Of a DNA stretch of 64,000 nucleotides, positions 1 to 11,995 are shown piece by piece. The translations under genes were made by a program, and so were the position numbers. Within the stretch, counting starts at the first letter, position 1. Every line of letters starts with the position of its first letter. The notes below the pieces were generated by a model. It made no database searches and was not told the DNA's origin. It saw nothing but the letters and a program-made list of their open reading frames with translations. The stretch comes from Felis catus. Lineage: Eukaryota. The stretch lies in contig NC_058371.1 in the NCBI RefSeq assembly GCF_018350175.1, positions 868,001 to 932,000 on the forward strand, read 5' to 3'.

Positions 1-1364
1 CTTCAGTAAAATTGGGGTTTACCGTGATGCACTCTCAGGCCCTTTCACTAGTCTACTCGTGACCGGGGAGGCGTCTCTGAGCCCAGGTCTGCCTTGTCTG
101 TGTGCAGGGTCTGGACTTCACCGCGAACCGAACGCAGCTTACTGTCTCCACCTCTGACCTCTTTTAGTTCCTCCAGTTCTTCTGGTTCTTGCAACACGTG
201 ATCATTCAATAGTGTTCAAAATGCATTTTATAATGAAATTCTCCTCTTTGGTCATTAGTTAAAATATTAAGCAAGATACAGAGTTGCTCGTCTGGTACAC
301 ACCATTACCCATCGTACGCTAATGGCAACGCAGCAATTATAAAACAATTGCAGATAAGAAGATGTAAGCGCCTGATGCTCTGATGATTGGATTTCACACA
401 AAGCCCTTTGCCACCTACTGTTCTCGAAGTACATTCTACAAATGAACGTCACTCCACCGTAAACCGTTGTGGGGTTCTTAATCTATGACATGTGCCACAT
501 CACAGTTTTCCAGAACCTTTGTTTACTAAACAAATTTAACACCGTTTTCAACACAAGAATCTAAAAAGGTCTGAGTTTTCTTATCCAGTTTGTTTATTGA
601 AGATTTTTTTAAACTGAAGGCAGAAGGAAGGTGGTTGACAGTGACTCGGGAACCCGTGTCTTAGTCTTGCCGCGCGTGGGTTTTCTCGCTGTGCCGACCT
701 GTGCGGCACTCACTCAGTCCCCACCGGAAAGGGGTCCGGCGTTTAGAATTGCAGTTGTTTCGCTTAGGGACACATGTCTAAATGGAATAGCAAACGTGAT
801 TAGAGGACCTTCCTTTAATGACGGCATATAGGTAGCTGCGGGCTTGGGCTCCAGCTGGAACACCTGTGGGGAGTGAGGGGCTGACGGGGAGGAGGACTCG
901 AAGTGTGAGCGTGCACAGTGAGCAGGAACTGCCCACACCTTTACCTCTGCTGTCCCGATGAGGACGCTCATGTCTGTTGCGATGTCCTCTGCGTTACCGC
1001 CGCTCTTCCCAGTGTCCCGCGGCAGCCCAGGAGCCGTGGAGGAAGCTGGGTCCATCACGTGGGCACGTTACCTGACCCAAGCCTTTGAAATTGGAAAAGC
1101 GGTTTCTGAGAAAGAGAAGCTTCCTCTTCTGGAACTCACACTCCCTGGAAGTGAGCAAAGAAATCTCCGGGAGCTCTGAGCAGCCCTCCTGCCACTGTGA
1201 GGTGTCCTCAGCTTTCGGCTGAAGCTGTGATCACAAGATACCAGGGGAAGAGAGGGTTTCCGAGTGCTTGGGGTCATGGTGCCAGGCAGTCAGACCAGTT
1301 CTGAGCTCTGGACTGTGCAGCCTTGTGAGCCTATAAATCACCTTTATTGTTAAGTGTGTTAGAG

Positions 1365-1499
1365 TTCTTCCTCCTTTCCCTTTCCCTTTCCTTCTCCCTT
1401 TCCCTTTCCTTCTTTCCTCTTCCCTTTCCCTTTCCTTCTTTCCTCTTCCCTTTCCCTTTCCTTCTTTCCTCTCTTTCTTCTCTTTTTCTCTTTCTTTTC
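1365..1499. repeat. 135-nt pure pyrimidine tract (CCCTTT/CCTT-type) at the tail end of an antisense SINE
   Basis: Only C/T from 1365 to 1499. Confidence 0.95.
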
Positions 1500-1682
1500 A
1501 GAGTGAGCATAAGCAGGGGCAAGGGGCAGAGGTGGGTGGAAAGAGAGGGAAGGACAGACAATCTCAAGCAGGCTCCATACTCAGTGCAGAGCCTGACGCA
1601 GGGCTTCAGCCCACAACCCTGGGATCATGACCTGAGCCGAAATCAAGAGCCAATTCAACTGGCTGAGCCACCCAGGCGCCCT
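1490..1682 (-). mobile_element. Can-SINE, older subtype
   Basis: ...gggatcatgacctgagccgaaatcaagag...gagccacccaggcgccc is the reverse-complemented SINE head. Confidence 0.9.
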
Positions 1683-1732
1683 GACTTCATTTTTCTATTA
1701 CCTGCCGCCAGACACAATGTGATTGCTACTAA

Positions 1733-1912
1733 GACAGAGCTGATAGGATGTGTATCTCTACCTGTGTCTCTCTCTATCTAGAGAGAGACTGATTGATGCA
1801 GCAAGTGGGCTCACATGACTGCAGAGACTGGACGTCTGAAATCTGCAGGCAGCCTGCCAGGCTGGAGACCAGACACAGGTTGCTGCGGCCTGAGCCCTAA
1901 GGCCATCTGAGC
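1733..1912. mobile_element. ERVL LTR fragment (MLT2B-like)
   Basis: acagagctgataggatgtgtat...ggctcacatgact...aaatctgcagg...caggctggagacc resembles recalled MLT2B. Confidence 0.6.
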
Positions 1913-2251
1913 CCAAGCCTCAGCCCGTGCACGTGACTTTGTTCCAAATGATGGGATGTGTCCCTGTCCCGCCGTGTGTCATGTGCACTGCGTGCAGCTG
2001 TGGGACGGTGGGTAGGAATGTTCTGTGTTCTGGCCGCCTGCTGCCCTGGGCTCACAGTGACCGCTCTGCTCTCTTCCTGCAGAGGAGTCTGACGTGGAAG
2101 ATGGGGCAGCTCAGGTGATAGGATGCAGGTGCTCAGACGAAGGAAAGATCAGTTTGTGTCGGAGATGTCACGTATTAGAGAAGGCAGTTTAGCCTTGATT
2201 TCTTTTTAATAATGAGATGCCTATGACATTTCAGTTAAATCTGTACTCCTA

Positions 2252-2439
2252 GAGGCGCCCGAGTGGCTCAGTCACTTAGGCGTTCAACTCTTGATCTCAG
2301 CTCAGGTCATGATCTTGTGGTTTGTGAGTTTGAGCCCCGTCCCATATTGGGCTCTGCGCTGACAGAATGGAGCCTGCTTGGGATTTTCTCTCTTTCTCGG
2401 CCCCCACCCCTCCCTCCACTGCCCAATAAATATTAAAAA
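2252..2439 (+). mobile_element. Can-SINE, older subtype
   Basis: SINE head and A-rich tail; TSD tctgta(c/g)tcctag on both sides. Confidence 0.9.
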
Positions 2440-2569
2440 GTCTGTAGTCCTAGAGTAATATGTTATAGAGGAATCAGATGGGATTAAATCAACCGTGTGC
2501 CATTGGTTTTGGTGCTGAGGAAATTTCAGCAGACATTGATGAAGGTGGTGATGACAGACTACCAGTTAG

Positions 2570-2672
2570 AAGACACGGCTGGCTCAGTCGTGGAGCATCC
2601 ACCTCTAGATCTTGGGGTCGTGAGTTCGAGCCCCACGTTGGGTGTAGAGATGACTGAAAAAATAAATATTTA
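2570..2672 (+). mobile_element. Short Can-SINE (SINEC_old-like, no CT tract)
   Basis: ggctggctcagtcg...gatcttggggtcgtgagttcgagccccacgttgggtgtagaga followed by an A-rich tail. Confidence 0.85.
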
Positions 2673-5084
2673 GAAGACAAATGAATATATGAACTAAGTT
2701 TCTAATCTGGGTGGAGAAATCAGATTGAAATTAAGACATGTAACTCTGGAGTACGGGAAAAGTTGAATTTAAGGAACAACAGTGATTATGCTAACATGCG
2801 TACAGTGAAATTCAAATTTACAACATATTGATGGAATTTAATAGTCCTTTTGAGGAGATATTTTTGTATATAAAAATTTTATTAGACAATCTCATTCTGT
2901 AAACATAGAAGCTTGCTATTACGTGGGCACCTCTAATTTAATGGCTAGAGGAAAAACAATGCTATCATAATACTTACCTGAATTGATAATGTTGAATGAA
3001 TTATTTTCAAGTTGTTCATCATTCTGTTCATACTTTCGGACCTGAGCCTCAATTTGTGATACTTAGTAGAAGAATCACATCAAGGTGAAGGTCTGTACAC
3101 ATCTTTATGGACACATTCTACTTTTTCTCCATGTGTGTGGAAATGTGGAAGGTGGTTAATTCATGTTTGCTAGAAAATAGGGATGATGATTGCTTTGGCT
3201 GGCGGGGTCCGGTGAGGGAATGATTGATCTCTGTGTATCATTTAAGTGGCAAAATGAGATCAGTAGAATTGCGTGTGGAATTATTTTGCATTACTCGGTT
3301 ATGCTTTGCCATAAGCACTTCTTAACTATAATAGAAGACATTTTTATGCTATTGACTTGATTACCTTCCAGCCAACTAAATAGAATTTGAAATGTCTATA
3401 TTTTCTCATAATACTAAGGGAGCAGTACAGCAAACATATGGTGAGCTCAGTTCCTGTTATCACAAGGATATTACATGGTGGTTCATGTTCCTTTTCGAAA
3501 GATAAAAAGTACCTGAGATATTTTGGGATGGTCAATTAAAATAGTTGTAGATATGAGAAATTAGATAATATTTGGTGTAATATTTATATTCGTATATGTA
3601 TGCTATAATCAGGAAAACGTTTTGTGATTTTGAAAGTAGATTCCTATAATTTTGTCTTTTTAAAAAATTTTTTTTATTTGGGAAAATACCCATGTAAAAT
3701 GTAAATAGGGACCATGCTCTGCTTTGCATCCTTGAAGCCTGTGTGTGTGTATATGTGATTTCTTAAAACCTGTTCTTTTCAGCACTGAAGAATAAAAATG
3801 GAAAGTTAAATGCATATTACAGTTACACAGTGTGGTCCTAAAGGAGGTTGAGGGCCTAAAAAGCTCAGAGGCGCTGCTTATTGGACCCTCACCCAAGGGC
3901 CTGCCCCCTGAACGTTCTCTCTCGGGAGCTGGGGGAGCACAGGCCTTTCCGCCACCCCAGCTCTACATCCTCAGAAGAGCCTAAAAGTCTGAGGTCCCTG
4001 CTTTCCTCACTGATGGAGAGTCCACATTTTCCCAGCGAATCAAGAAGGAGATGCTTGTCACCCTGCTTCTCGGCTTTCTGGAGCCCCAGAAGAACGACTC
4101 CTGGCTGCTTAGAATGTGAGAGAGGAGGATGAACAGGTGAGGAAAAATAGGCCATCGAAATGCAGTCATCGCTTGGAAGACAGGACACACTGAAGTATAG
4201 AGGGCAGCCTCCTGGTGAAGTAAATTTAAAGGATAAACGGGAAGAAGATTCAGAAAAAGATGCCAAGGCTCATCTGTACACTAGGAGTGGGAGGCCATGA
4301 AAAGGGGAGAATTGTAGAACAAGATTTTGTTTTCTTTTTCCTTCAAGTTAGAAGCAGTGGAGATGAGAATAGACATCGTGCACACTTGGATCAGTGTGAG
4401 TGACCGAAGTAAAAGGCCTACAGGTGCACCGGGTGTAAACTCTGTGGATGAGCACTTTCTTCCCAGAGACCATGTTTGCAACATGTGTTGAGTCTTAAGA
4501 TGTTCCCATCAGTGTTCTGAGGACTCCACAGGAAGGACTCCCTCAAGCCGCACAACTACCGTATGTCGTCAGTCCTGTTGTTAGCTCCATCTTATGCATT
4601 AGGAAACAGCACAAAGTGCTTATGTAACTGACGTTCTGAGGAAGTGTTCCTAATGAAGACTGGATCCCGGATTCGGTTGTGCTCAGATCCCTGTTTTTAG
4701 CCCGTGTGCTATGTGGGACAGCTGTACAGAAAGAGTAGGAGATGATGTGAAAGAACCAGTTAGAAATATTATAGAAATTATGGCCCTTGAAAATAAAACT
4801 CAGTAAATATTCACAGATCAGACATAGCTGAAAAAAAAGTAGTGAACTAGAAGATGAAGCTGAAGAAATTTCCTAGTATTAAGCATAAAAAGAGAGCTGA
4901 TGAGAAACCACAGTTAGCGAATAGATCTAAAAGGCAACACATGCATCTGATAGAAGCTAAAGAAATAAACAGTAGGGGTGAGTTTGTATTTGTGATAAAA
5001 TGGCCAATAATCTTCCCAAATCGAGGAAAACTGTTTTCAGATTGAAAATTTGTACCGCCTGACAAATACCACAGGGTTTCAATT

Positions 5085-5355
5085 GTATGTAGAATTTAAG
5101 AAACAAAACAAATGAGCAAAGGGAAAAAGAAAGAGAGACAAACCAAGAAACAGACTCAACTCCGGAGAACATACCAACGGTCACCAGAGGGGAGGTCGGT
5201 GGGGGGGTGGGGGAAACAGGTGATGGGGATTAAGGACGCACCTGTTGTGATGGGCACTGGTTTTTGTATGGAAGTGTTCAATCCCTATTTGTACACCTGA
5301 AACCACTATTATACTGTATGTTAACTAATCGGAATTTAAATAAAAAATTAAAATT
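5085..5355 (+). mobile_element. Carnivore L1 3' end (L1_Carn-like), 5'-truncated
   Basis: gaatttaagaaacaaaacaaatgagcaaaggg...ggtgatggggattaagga...gtacacctgaaac...ctgtatgttaacta. Confidence 0.85.
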
Positions 5356-6661
5356 GGAATTTAAGTGAAAAAATGGATACAGAAAACTTGTACCACCTTC
5401 TAGGACAGAATAGGCCAACAAGACACACATCTTGAGCCATCCTTGTAAAACAGCGGTATCCAGGGTAAAGACGGAATCCTGAAAGACTTATTAGTTAAGA
5501 GAACAGAAATTGCTTATAGATGGATGAGAAATTTCTCAAAGGTAACAACAGATGCCTGAAGCTATCTGTTGGGTTTCTTGAATTCCATACTTATGTAACT
5601 GTCATTCAATCCTGAGGGCAAAATAAAGACATTTTCAGACCTATAAGGACCTGGAAAGTTTGCCACACAGAGACCATGTTGAAAGAAAAACAAGAAGATA
5701 TTTTTGAGCATGAGGAAAAATGAACTCAGAAGGATGGTAGCAAAGAGATCAAGGGCACATTAATTTATAAGTATTGATTTCAGAATAAGTAATTTATTTT
5801 CTTTTGTTTAATGAGCAATCGTATTTGGTATCCACACAGTAGTAATATCAGAGCAGCTGCAGTATGGGGAGGGCATTCTGAACTTTGGGGGAAGTGTGAG
5901 CACCCTAAAGTTCTTTTATTCAAGAGGATATTGGAGATACTGTTTTAATCAGCGGCTTTGCTAGAAAAATACATGTTTAATTGCCTATGTTAAAACTGTT
6001 AAGGGAGAAATAGGACGTATAGGCACTGAGAAAGTAGTGAAAAGTCCTGTTGTAAGGCAGTAAAGAATAAAGTACAAAGAAAAACAAATTAAACACGAAC
6101 TATCAGGACAATATAATCCCAGTTTATCAGTAATCACAATCAACATGGGAGGGTGAAACTTAGACATTACAAACAAAAACGGTCAGATCAGATTGAATAC
6201 AATGCAGAATCCTGTGGGTCTTTAACATAACATGTTATTATATTTCAATTAAAAATACAAAAAAAATTCAATATTCAACAACAAAAAAGATGCAAAAAAT
6301 GTCTTGTGAATAAACTTGTGCAAGATTAATTAAAAAAAAGGATTTAACAGTGTGAAGAGTTAAGGATAAAGAATGTGATAGAATCACAGTTTAAAGGACC
6401 ATATTATCAGCAGAAATTTTTTGCTGAAATTTGAAAGTCAAGATGAAATGTTTGGTTTTCTTGGTGAATATAAGTGAAATAAGTTGATCTGACAAAGCTA
6501 GAAAATGCGAATGGACTAGTAACCATGGGGAAATTAAAATTTTCCTTAGATGTACTTTTGTGAAAGATGCTGGATCAGTTTTATAGGTGAACTCTATACA
6601 AATATCTACGAATTGCTAATTCTGTTATCTAAACTGGTTAAGAGTTATAACAAACCATCTC

Positions 6662-6879
6662 TTTTTTTTGAGTTTTTTTTTTTTTTTTTTTTTTTTTTGA
6701 GACAGAAAGAGAAGGAAGGGTAGGGGCAGCAAGAGAGGGAGAGGGAGAGAGAATCCCAGGCAGGCTCCATGCTATCAGCACAGAGCCTGATGTGGGGCTT
6801 GATCCCGTGAACTGTGAGATCATCACCTGAGCTGACATCAAGAGTTGGATTCTTTACTGACTGAGCCACTTGGGAGCCC
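6662..6879 (-). mobile_element. Can-SINE
   Basis: Long T tail, GA tract and reverse head; TSD-like accatc..tctttt. Confidence 0.9.
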
Positions 6880-9839
6880 ACCATCACTCTCTTTTAATGA
6901 GTAATTACCAAACTTGATAATATAGTAGAAAAAGGCTAATTTTACTTAAGAATATAAATATAAATTTCCTAAGCGAAATATTGGCAAATTGCATCTAATT
7001 GTACATTTAATATGACCAAATGGCTTAGTCTGTAAAAGCAAGATTCTTTCAATAATAGGATCTCTATGTTAGTAATCTGAAGGATGAGCATGTTAAAAGA
7101 AAAAAAACACGGATGTATCATAAACACTGAAGGACCTTGAAACAATATGGCAGTCACTTAGGATAAAATTCTGAGAGGGAATAATGGCAGGACAGTTCCT
7201 TAATAGGGTTCAGAATGTAATCAGAAACCCTGAAGCAAGCAGAGCAGTTATTGGGAAATTCTAAAGTGTGGAATTCTCACCATTAGTCCCTCTTATTCTG
7301 GGGTCTCCAGTTAAGGTTATATGGGAAAGTAAAAGAGACAAAATATTAGAAATGCTCAGTGGAAAAAGGAAGAGACCATACAAAATCTATTAGATAAGTA
7401 GGAACATGGATTATGTAGAACAAATACAAGATCAGTAAAATAAATATCATGAACTGTACTGTATGTGATAAAGTAATGGCAAAATAGGTCCAGTATCAGA
7501 AACAATAAACCCTACAAAACACCTTGGGAGAAAACAGGAATGTTTGAGGTCTATAGGGGGGAAAAACCAGACTTTGAAATACGTGGAAAGGATGTAAAAC
7601 ATTACCTAGTGCTTGGTAGGGAAGTACACTTTAATGGCAAATTTAGTATTAAAACCTATCATTTCACTTCAGGTATGTGTGTGTGTGTGAGAGAGAGATA
7701 GAACTTCAATCAAAACCTGTTTCGGGGGGGGGCAGTGGAGGTGGGGAGTGGGATTTGATTAAGGGATGATAAAGTTAATACAGGAGAATGAGTTCACAAG
7801 GTGTCCAGTAAAGTTTTAAAGAAGATCTGTATAGTGGGAGTTCTGGTCTGCTAGAGAGAAACACATGTACAAATGCTGCGGGAGATAAATTGATCTGTAT
7901 GACAGTCTTTTCTGCGTGAGTGGCATTTTCAAGTTGGTGGATAAAATATGGATTATTAGGCAAATTTGTTGGGATCATTGGTTAGCCGTTGGAGAGAAAG
8001 TAACAATTCTACTTGGCAACTCAAAAAAGTTCCAAACACATCGATGATCTAATTGTTAGAAATAGTTGTAGAAATGCTAAAACAAAATTTAGTCAAATGT
8101 GTTTTTTTAAATTGTGGAGTTGGGAAGATCTGGGTAATGACAGAAGCCCTTAGAGAAGGGATTGGTAGATTTGGACATAAATTCTATCAAATGCACCTAG
8201 GTTGTTGGAAGGACACCACCGAGGGAGTTAACACGTGAGAAAGAAGGAAAACCGCTGCAGCCTATAGAGCAGACAGACGGTCTGGAATACGTAAAGGGAT
8301 ACTACATGGCAATTAGGAATTTCCCCCAAAAGAAGCGGACAAATCTATAGAACAGGCAGTTTGCATGGAAAGAAGTTTGATCAATAATCATAACAAAAGT
8401 TCTTCCAAATCCACGGAAACAGCGGGAAACTTTTCTTCCCCCAGAGGCATGCAGAAAACCTGGCGACGTGTGATGTGAGCACTGGCACACGTGTGGCAGT
8501 GTCGTGGACTAAAAACGTGCAAGTCCCGTGACCCGGGGACTCCACTCCTGGAAATCTGTTCTGCACAAACGCACCAAGAAGCATATGAAAATGTGTGCAC
8601 AATTCTCAGCAAATGGGGAAAATTGGAAACAACCCAGATGCCCAAAAGTAAGGGGTTTGTGGGGTCAGTGTGAGTGTTCAGGCAGGAAAATACGGGGAGA
8701 TCCTGGTGGAGGAAGCGAGTGAGTGAACAGCAGTGTGTCAGTTCTGGAAAGGCAGAATTTCAACAGGAAATGCCTGGAAATAAATACACAGTTTAGGTGA
8801 CAGTCACAGCAGACATCTACTAAGTGATTCCCGGAAACCAGGGGTTAATTTTCAGTTTGTGTGTTATTATCTGTATTTGCAGACTGTCCTTGCTAACGTA
8901 AAAAAACAGCTGATTTTCTTACCCTCTTGGACTCGTACATTTGAAAGTAAGTACAGCATTTTGTAACGCGACCATTTGGCCGGAGTTTGGTGACAGAATA
9001 AGTTTTGGAAGATGGGGTGCATCTAAGCAGGACCTCTGGCCTTCATGGAAATTTGTAGAACCTGATCAGGGTTTTTGAGGGCCACGTCAAGTATACATAG
9101 ATAAGTATTTTGTGGTCATAGTAGCTTACTAAGAGAAAAAGCAAGCATGTTTTTCTGGTGTGATGGTATAAACAAGTCTCCTCTGGAGGCTCCTTTTCCT
9201 ATTTCGTCTGATTCACTTGGTGGTGATGGTTGGGGGCAATAGTCATTTCATGTGTCCATGTGCAATGAAAAAATGCAGAGAATTTTAGAATTATCAAAAT
9301 GTACGTTCTAGCATTTTTAAATGCTGCCCTCATATTTATCGGGGTATAGTGCTATTTTCTTTTTCCTGGAAAGAGGATGAGCAATTGTTAATATTCCTGG
9401 TACTGCTCTTGTTTCTTGGAATCTGCCTGGTTCCTTGCGGAGCTAGCCCAAGGTTGCAAATGCTGCTTCTGCCATTGGGTTAGTGGAGAGATCATACCTC
9501 TGATTCAGAGTACGTTGCGTTATTTCTGGTTGCGTATTTTCAAGTGGGGAAAGCTGACGTATCGCAGTTTCGGGCCCCGACTGAGAAATGAAATACTTTT
9601 CGTCATGAAAGCCTACATCTGCACTTACACGACGTGTCATTTTGGGATCCTGTGTCATTTTTCATATGTGGCTTCTCTGCCAAAGTGCTGTCCTCAGGTG
9701 ATAGAAGTTTTGCTCAGTGGTTTGTTTTCCAGGCACTTCCCATGTATTTTCTTTTCCAGGGGGGAGGTTGCTTATCTTTTTTTTTTTATCATATTTTCCC
9801 CATTTCTATCCGTTCCTCATCTTAGGCCTTCCCTGCACC

Positions 9840-10035
9840 TGAGGCGCGGCCGTAAGCCCGGCCCGGTTTCAGCACAGCTGCCCTGGGACGCTCGGCCTGC
9901 ACCCAGCCCGGCCGCCATGGGGACCGCTCAGGTAATGTTCCTGCTTTCCTTCTGTCCTCTGGGCGGGCGGCGGGAGGGAGGACGCGCTCCAGGCACATGG
10001 GTGGCTGCTCTGTCGTACCTGGGGACGCGGTGAGC
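9840..10035 (+). promoter_or_regulatory. Small CpG/GC-rich patch around the MGTAQ exon (candidate alternative promoter or 5'UTR)
   Basis: Dense CpGs (gaggcgcggccg, cccggcccgg, gggcgggcggcggg) against an AT-rich upstream background; not repeat-derived as far as I can see. Confidence 0.5.
9917..9931 (+). CDS. DLGAP2: Coding part of an alternative first coding exon (MGTAQ) of DLG-associated protein 2 (SAPAP2); partial CDS
   Basis: Optimal Kozak GCCGCCATGG, five codons MGTAQ, then a phase-0 donor CAG|GTAATG at 9932, inside a CpG-rich patch. Matches the recalled DLGAP2 isoform start MGTAQVLPGILQKHCC. Only 5 codons, so identity is not proven. Confidence 0.72.
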
Positions 10036-10870
10036 GCTCTGATGAGGTCAGGCCTGTTGGAAGTGTGGCCTCAGAGCAGCGCATCTGTGTCCCGCATGAG
10101 CAAGTGGTAGCCGTGGAGGAAGCCAGCTCCTCTGGAATGGAGCTTCCCCGGCAGGGCTCTGGTTCCTTCGCAGTGGTTCCTGGTGGACGCCTTCATGTGG
10201 CATCGGTGGTGGTGGTTCTGTGTTTGTGTGTGTGTGTGGAGGGACCCGGGAGCAGGTCCACAGAGCAGGTGACAGTGAGCAGGTACACACAGGTCCGAAC
10301 CACAGCATGTGGACTGCCTCACATCCCCAAATCCCCGGTTCACGATGTTCCAGGACTCCCCAACGGCCACACCCACACCCACCACATACCTGCCTGCAGA
10401 CACAGCTGGAGACACGTGAGGGCAGGGCTGTGGCCTTCCCTCCCCAGGGCCAGCAGGTAGACCACACCATCAGCTGGAGCCCCCCCTCCCCTGCCAGGGC
10501 CAGCGGGTAGACCACACCGTCAGCTGCAGCCCCCCTAGTAGGGCCTTCCGTCTGATCTGGGAACAGAGGGTGCGTGCAGTGTGTCTCGTCTCTCTGTCCA
10601 CAAGACATGAGCCTGGATGAACGTGGCTCATGGAAGTGTGGCTGGCACTTCCCATGACGCTCCTTTGTCCCCTCGTGTGTCACTCAGTGTCCCTATCATG
10701 TTCACATCTCCCTTTGCTAGTATCTTCTTCTGCTTATGTGGTTTTCTCAGAAAACCGTGCTGCCTTTGGGCGTCAGTCTTCACAGCCAGGAGCACGGGTT
10801 GCCCTGCGGTGGGACTTCAGTTTTGTGTTCTTACACAAAACTTTGGGGACACATGAGGCGAACCTGTCCT

Positions 10871-11006
10871 TTTATTTTTATTTTTATTATTTTTTGTACA
10901 GGTTATTTATTGGTTTAAGTAATCTCTCCACTTGACATGGGGCTCAAACTCCCAACCCCGAGGTCAAGAGTTGCACGCTCTTTAGACTGAGCCAGCCAGG
11001 TGCCGC
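10871..11006 (-). mobile_element. Short Can-SINE (SINEC_old-like)
   Basis: aagtaatctct...ggggctcaaactcccaaccccgaggtcaagagttgcacgctc...gactgagccagccaggtgcc. Confidence 0.85.
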
Positions 11007-11824
11007 AAGCTTTCCCCTTAAAATCTACTTGTCCCTCTGCTCCTGCAGGGACCATCCATGATGCCTCTTCAGGGCTCTTAACTTGTTAGAGTCCTCGAAG
11101 CTCAAAACAGGCGGTGCCCCCTTCCTCTGTGGGCTAGCTGGGGTTCTTGGTTGAAGAACAGAATTCATTCTGGTCTGTTTGAGCAGAAAAGGAGTTTGTT
11201 ACAAAGGATATTAGGCCATCACAGACCTTTACATGGGGCTGGATAAAGGCTGTCAGCCCCACCGCTGGGACCCCTCGTGACAAGGAGACCTCCCCCAGAA
11301 CGCGCGCTCCCCAAGTGGGGGAGGGCCGCGTGGGCACAACGTGGGCGCCAGGAAGCTTGAAAACCAGTTCTGACGTCGGTGGTTGTGTCTTGGCATTGCT
11401 CCCGGGGAGGGGTCACTCGCAGCGTGGGCTTCTCGGAGGTGCAGGGCAGCTGCTGAGACGTGGGTTTGGAGCCACTTGGCTGCCTGCCCACCCCACCTTC
11501 CTCCACCCCCTGTTCTACAAGGAACGGCGGCTTGCCTTAAGGGTGCGCTTCTCCCATGTGAGGTGAGAACACTAGCCTTCATCCCCAAACGGGACTGGAG
11601 GTGAGGGAGCTGCCAGGGCTCCTCCCTCCCTGGGACTCCCCTTTGCTGCTGCCGCCTTAGCCATCAGACCAGCACCCACACTGGCTTGTGGCTCACGTGC
11701 CTTCAGCCGAGACACCTGGTTGCTAGATGAGGTAGTTTTCGTGGGTTCTGCTTCAGAGAGCAGAGCTCTAACCTTGGGAGCCTGTACAGGTGCAGTGATG
11801 ATGTTTAAGGGGCAGTTCTGCATT

Positions 11825-11995
11825 CTGAACCGGTAATTCTCGTGGTCGGGGCGGTCCTGCGGTGTGGTGGGATGTTCAGCATCCCAGACCTCCAGCCGCA
11901 CTCTCCCTCCAGCCGTGAACACAGAACTGTCTCCAGACATTGCCGAGTGGCCTTGAGGGGCGGCCCTCCCCTCCCACCCCATGGAGAATCACCGA
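11825..11995 (-). mobile_element. MER20 (hAT-Charlie MITE)
   Basis: ggatgttcagcatccc...tgtctccagacattgcc matches recalled MER20 in reverse. Confidence 0.65.

Larger units (their letters stand above)
4740..8880 (+). mobile_element. Heavily decayed old L1 (L1M/L1ME-like), interrupted by younger insertions
   Basis: A-rich sense strand; ORF1-like (agtgaactagaagat...gaagaaatt), ORF2-like and 3' motifs (ccactcctggaaatct, aattggaaacaacccagatgccca). Boundaries approximate. Confidence 0.6.

Noticed and set aside
2570-2672. tRNA gene
   Set aside because: The A/B-box-like head is followed by a SINE body and A tail, so it is a tRNA-derived Can-SINE. The same applies to the other SINE heads.
9416-10033. 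205-aa ORF as a single-exon gene
   Set aside because: It has a TTG start, no recognisable domain, and runs through a strong splice donor. Only MGTAQ is supported.
10048-10683. 211-aa minus-strand ORF
   Set aside because: GC-rich low-complexity DNA with overlapping ORFs in several frames; no recognisable protein.
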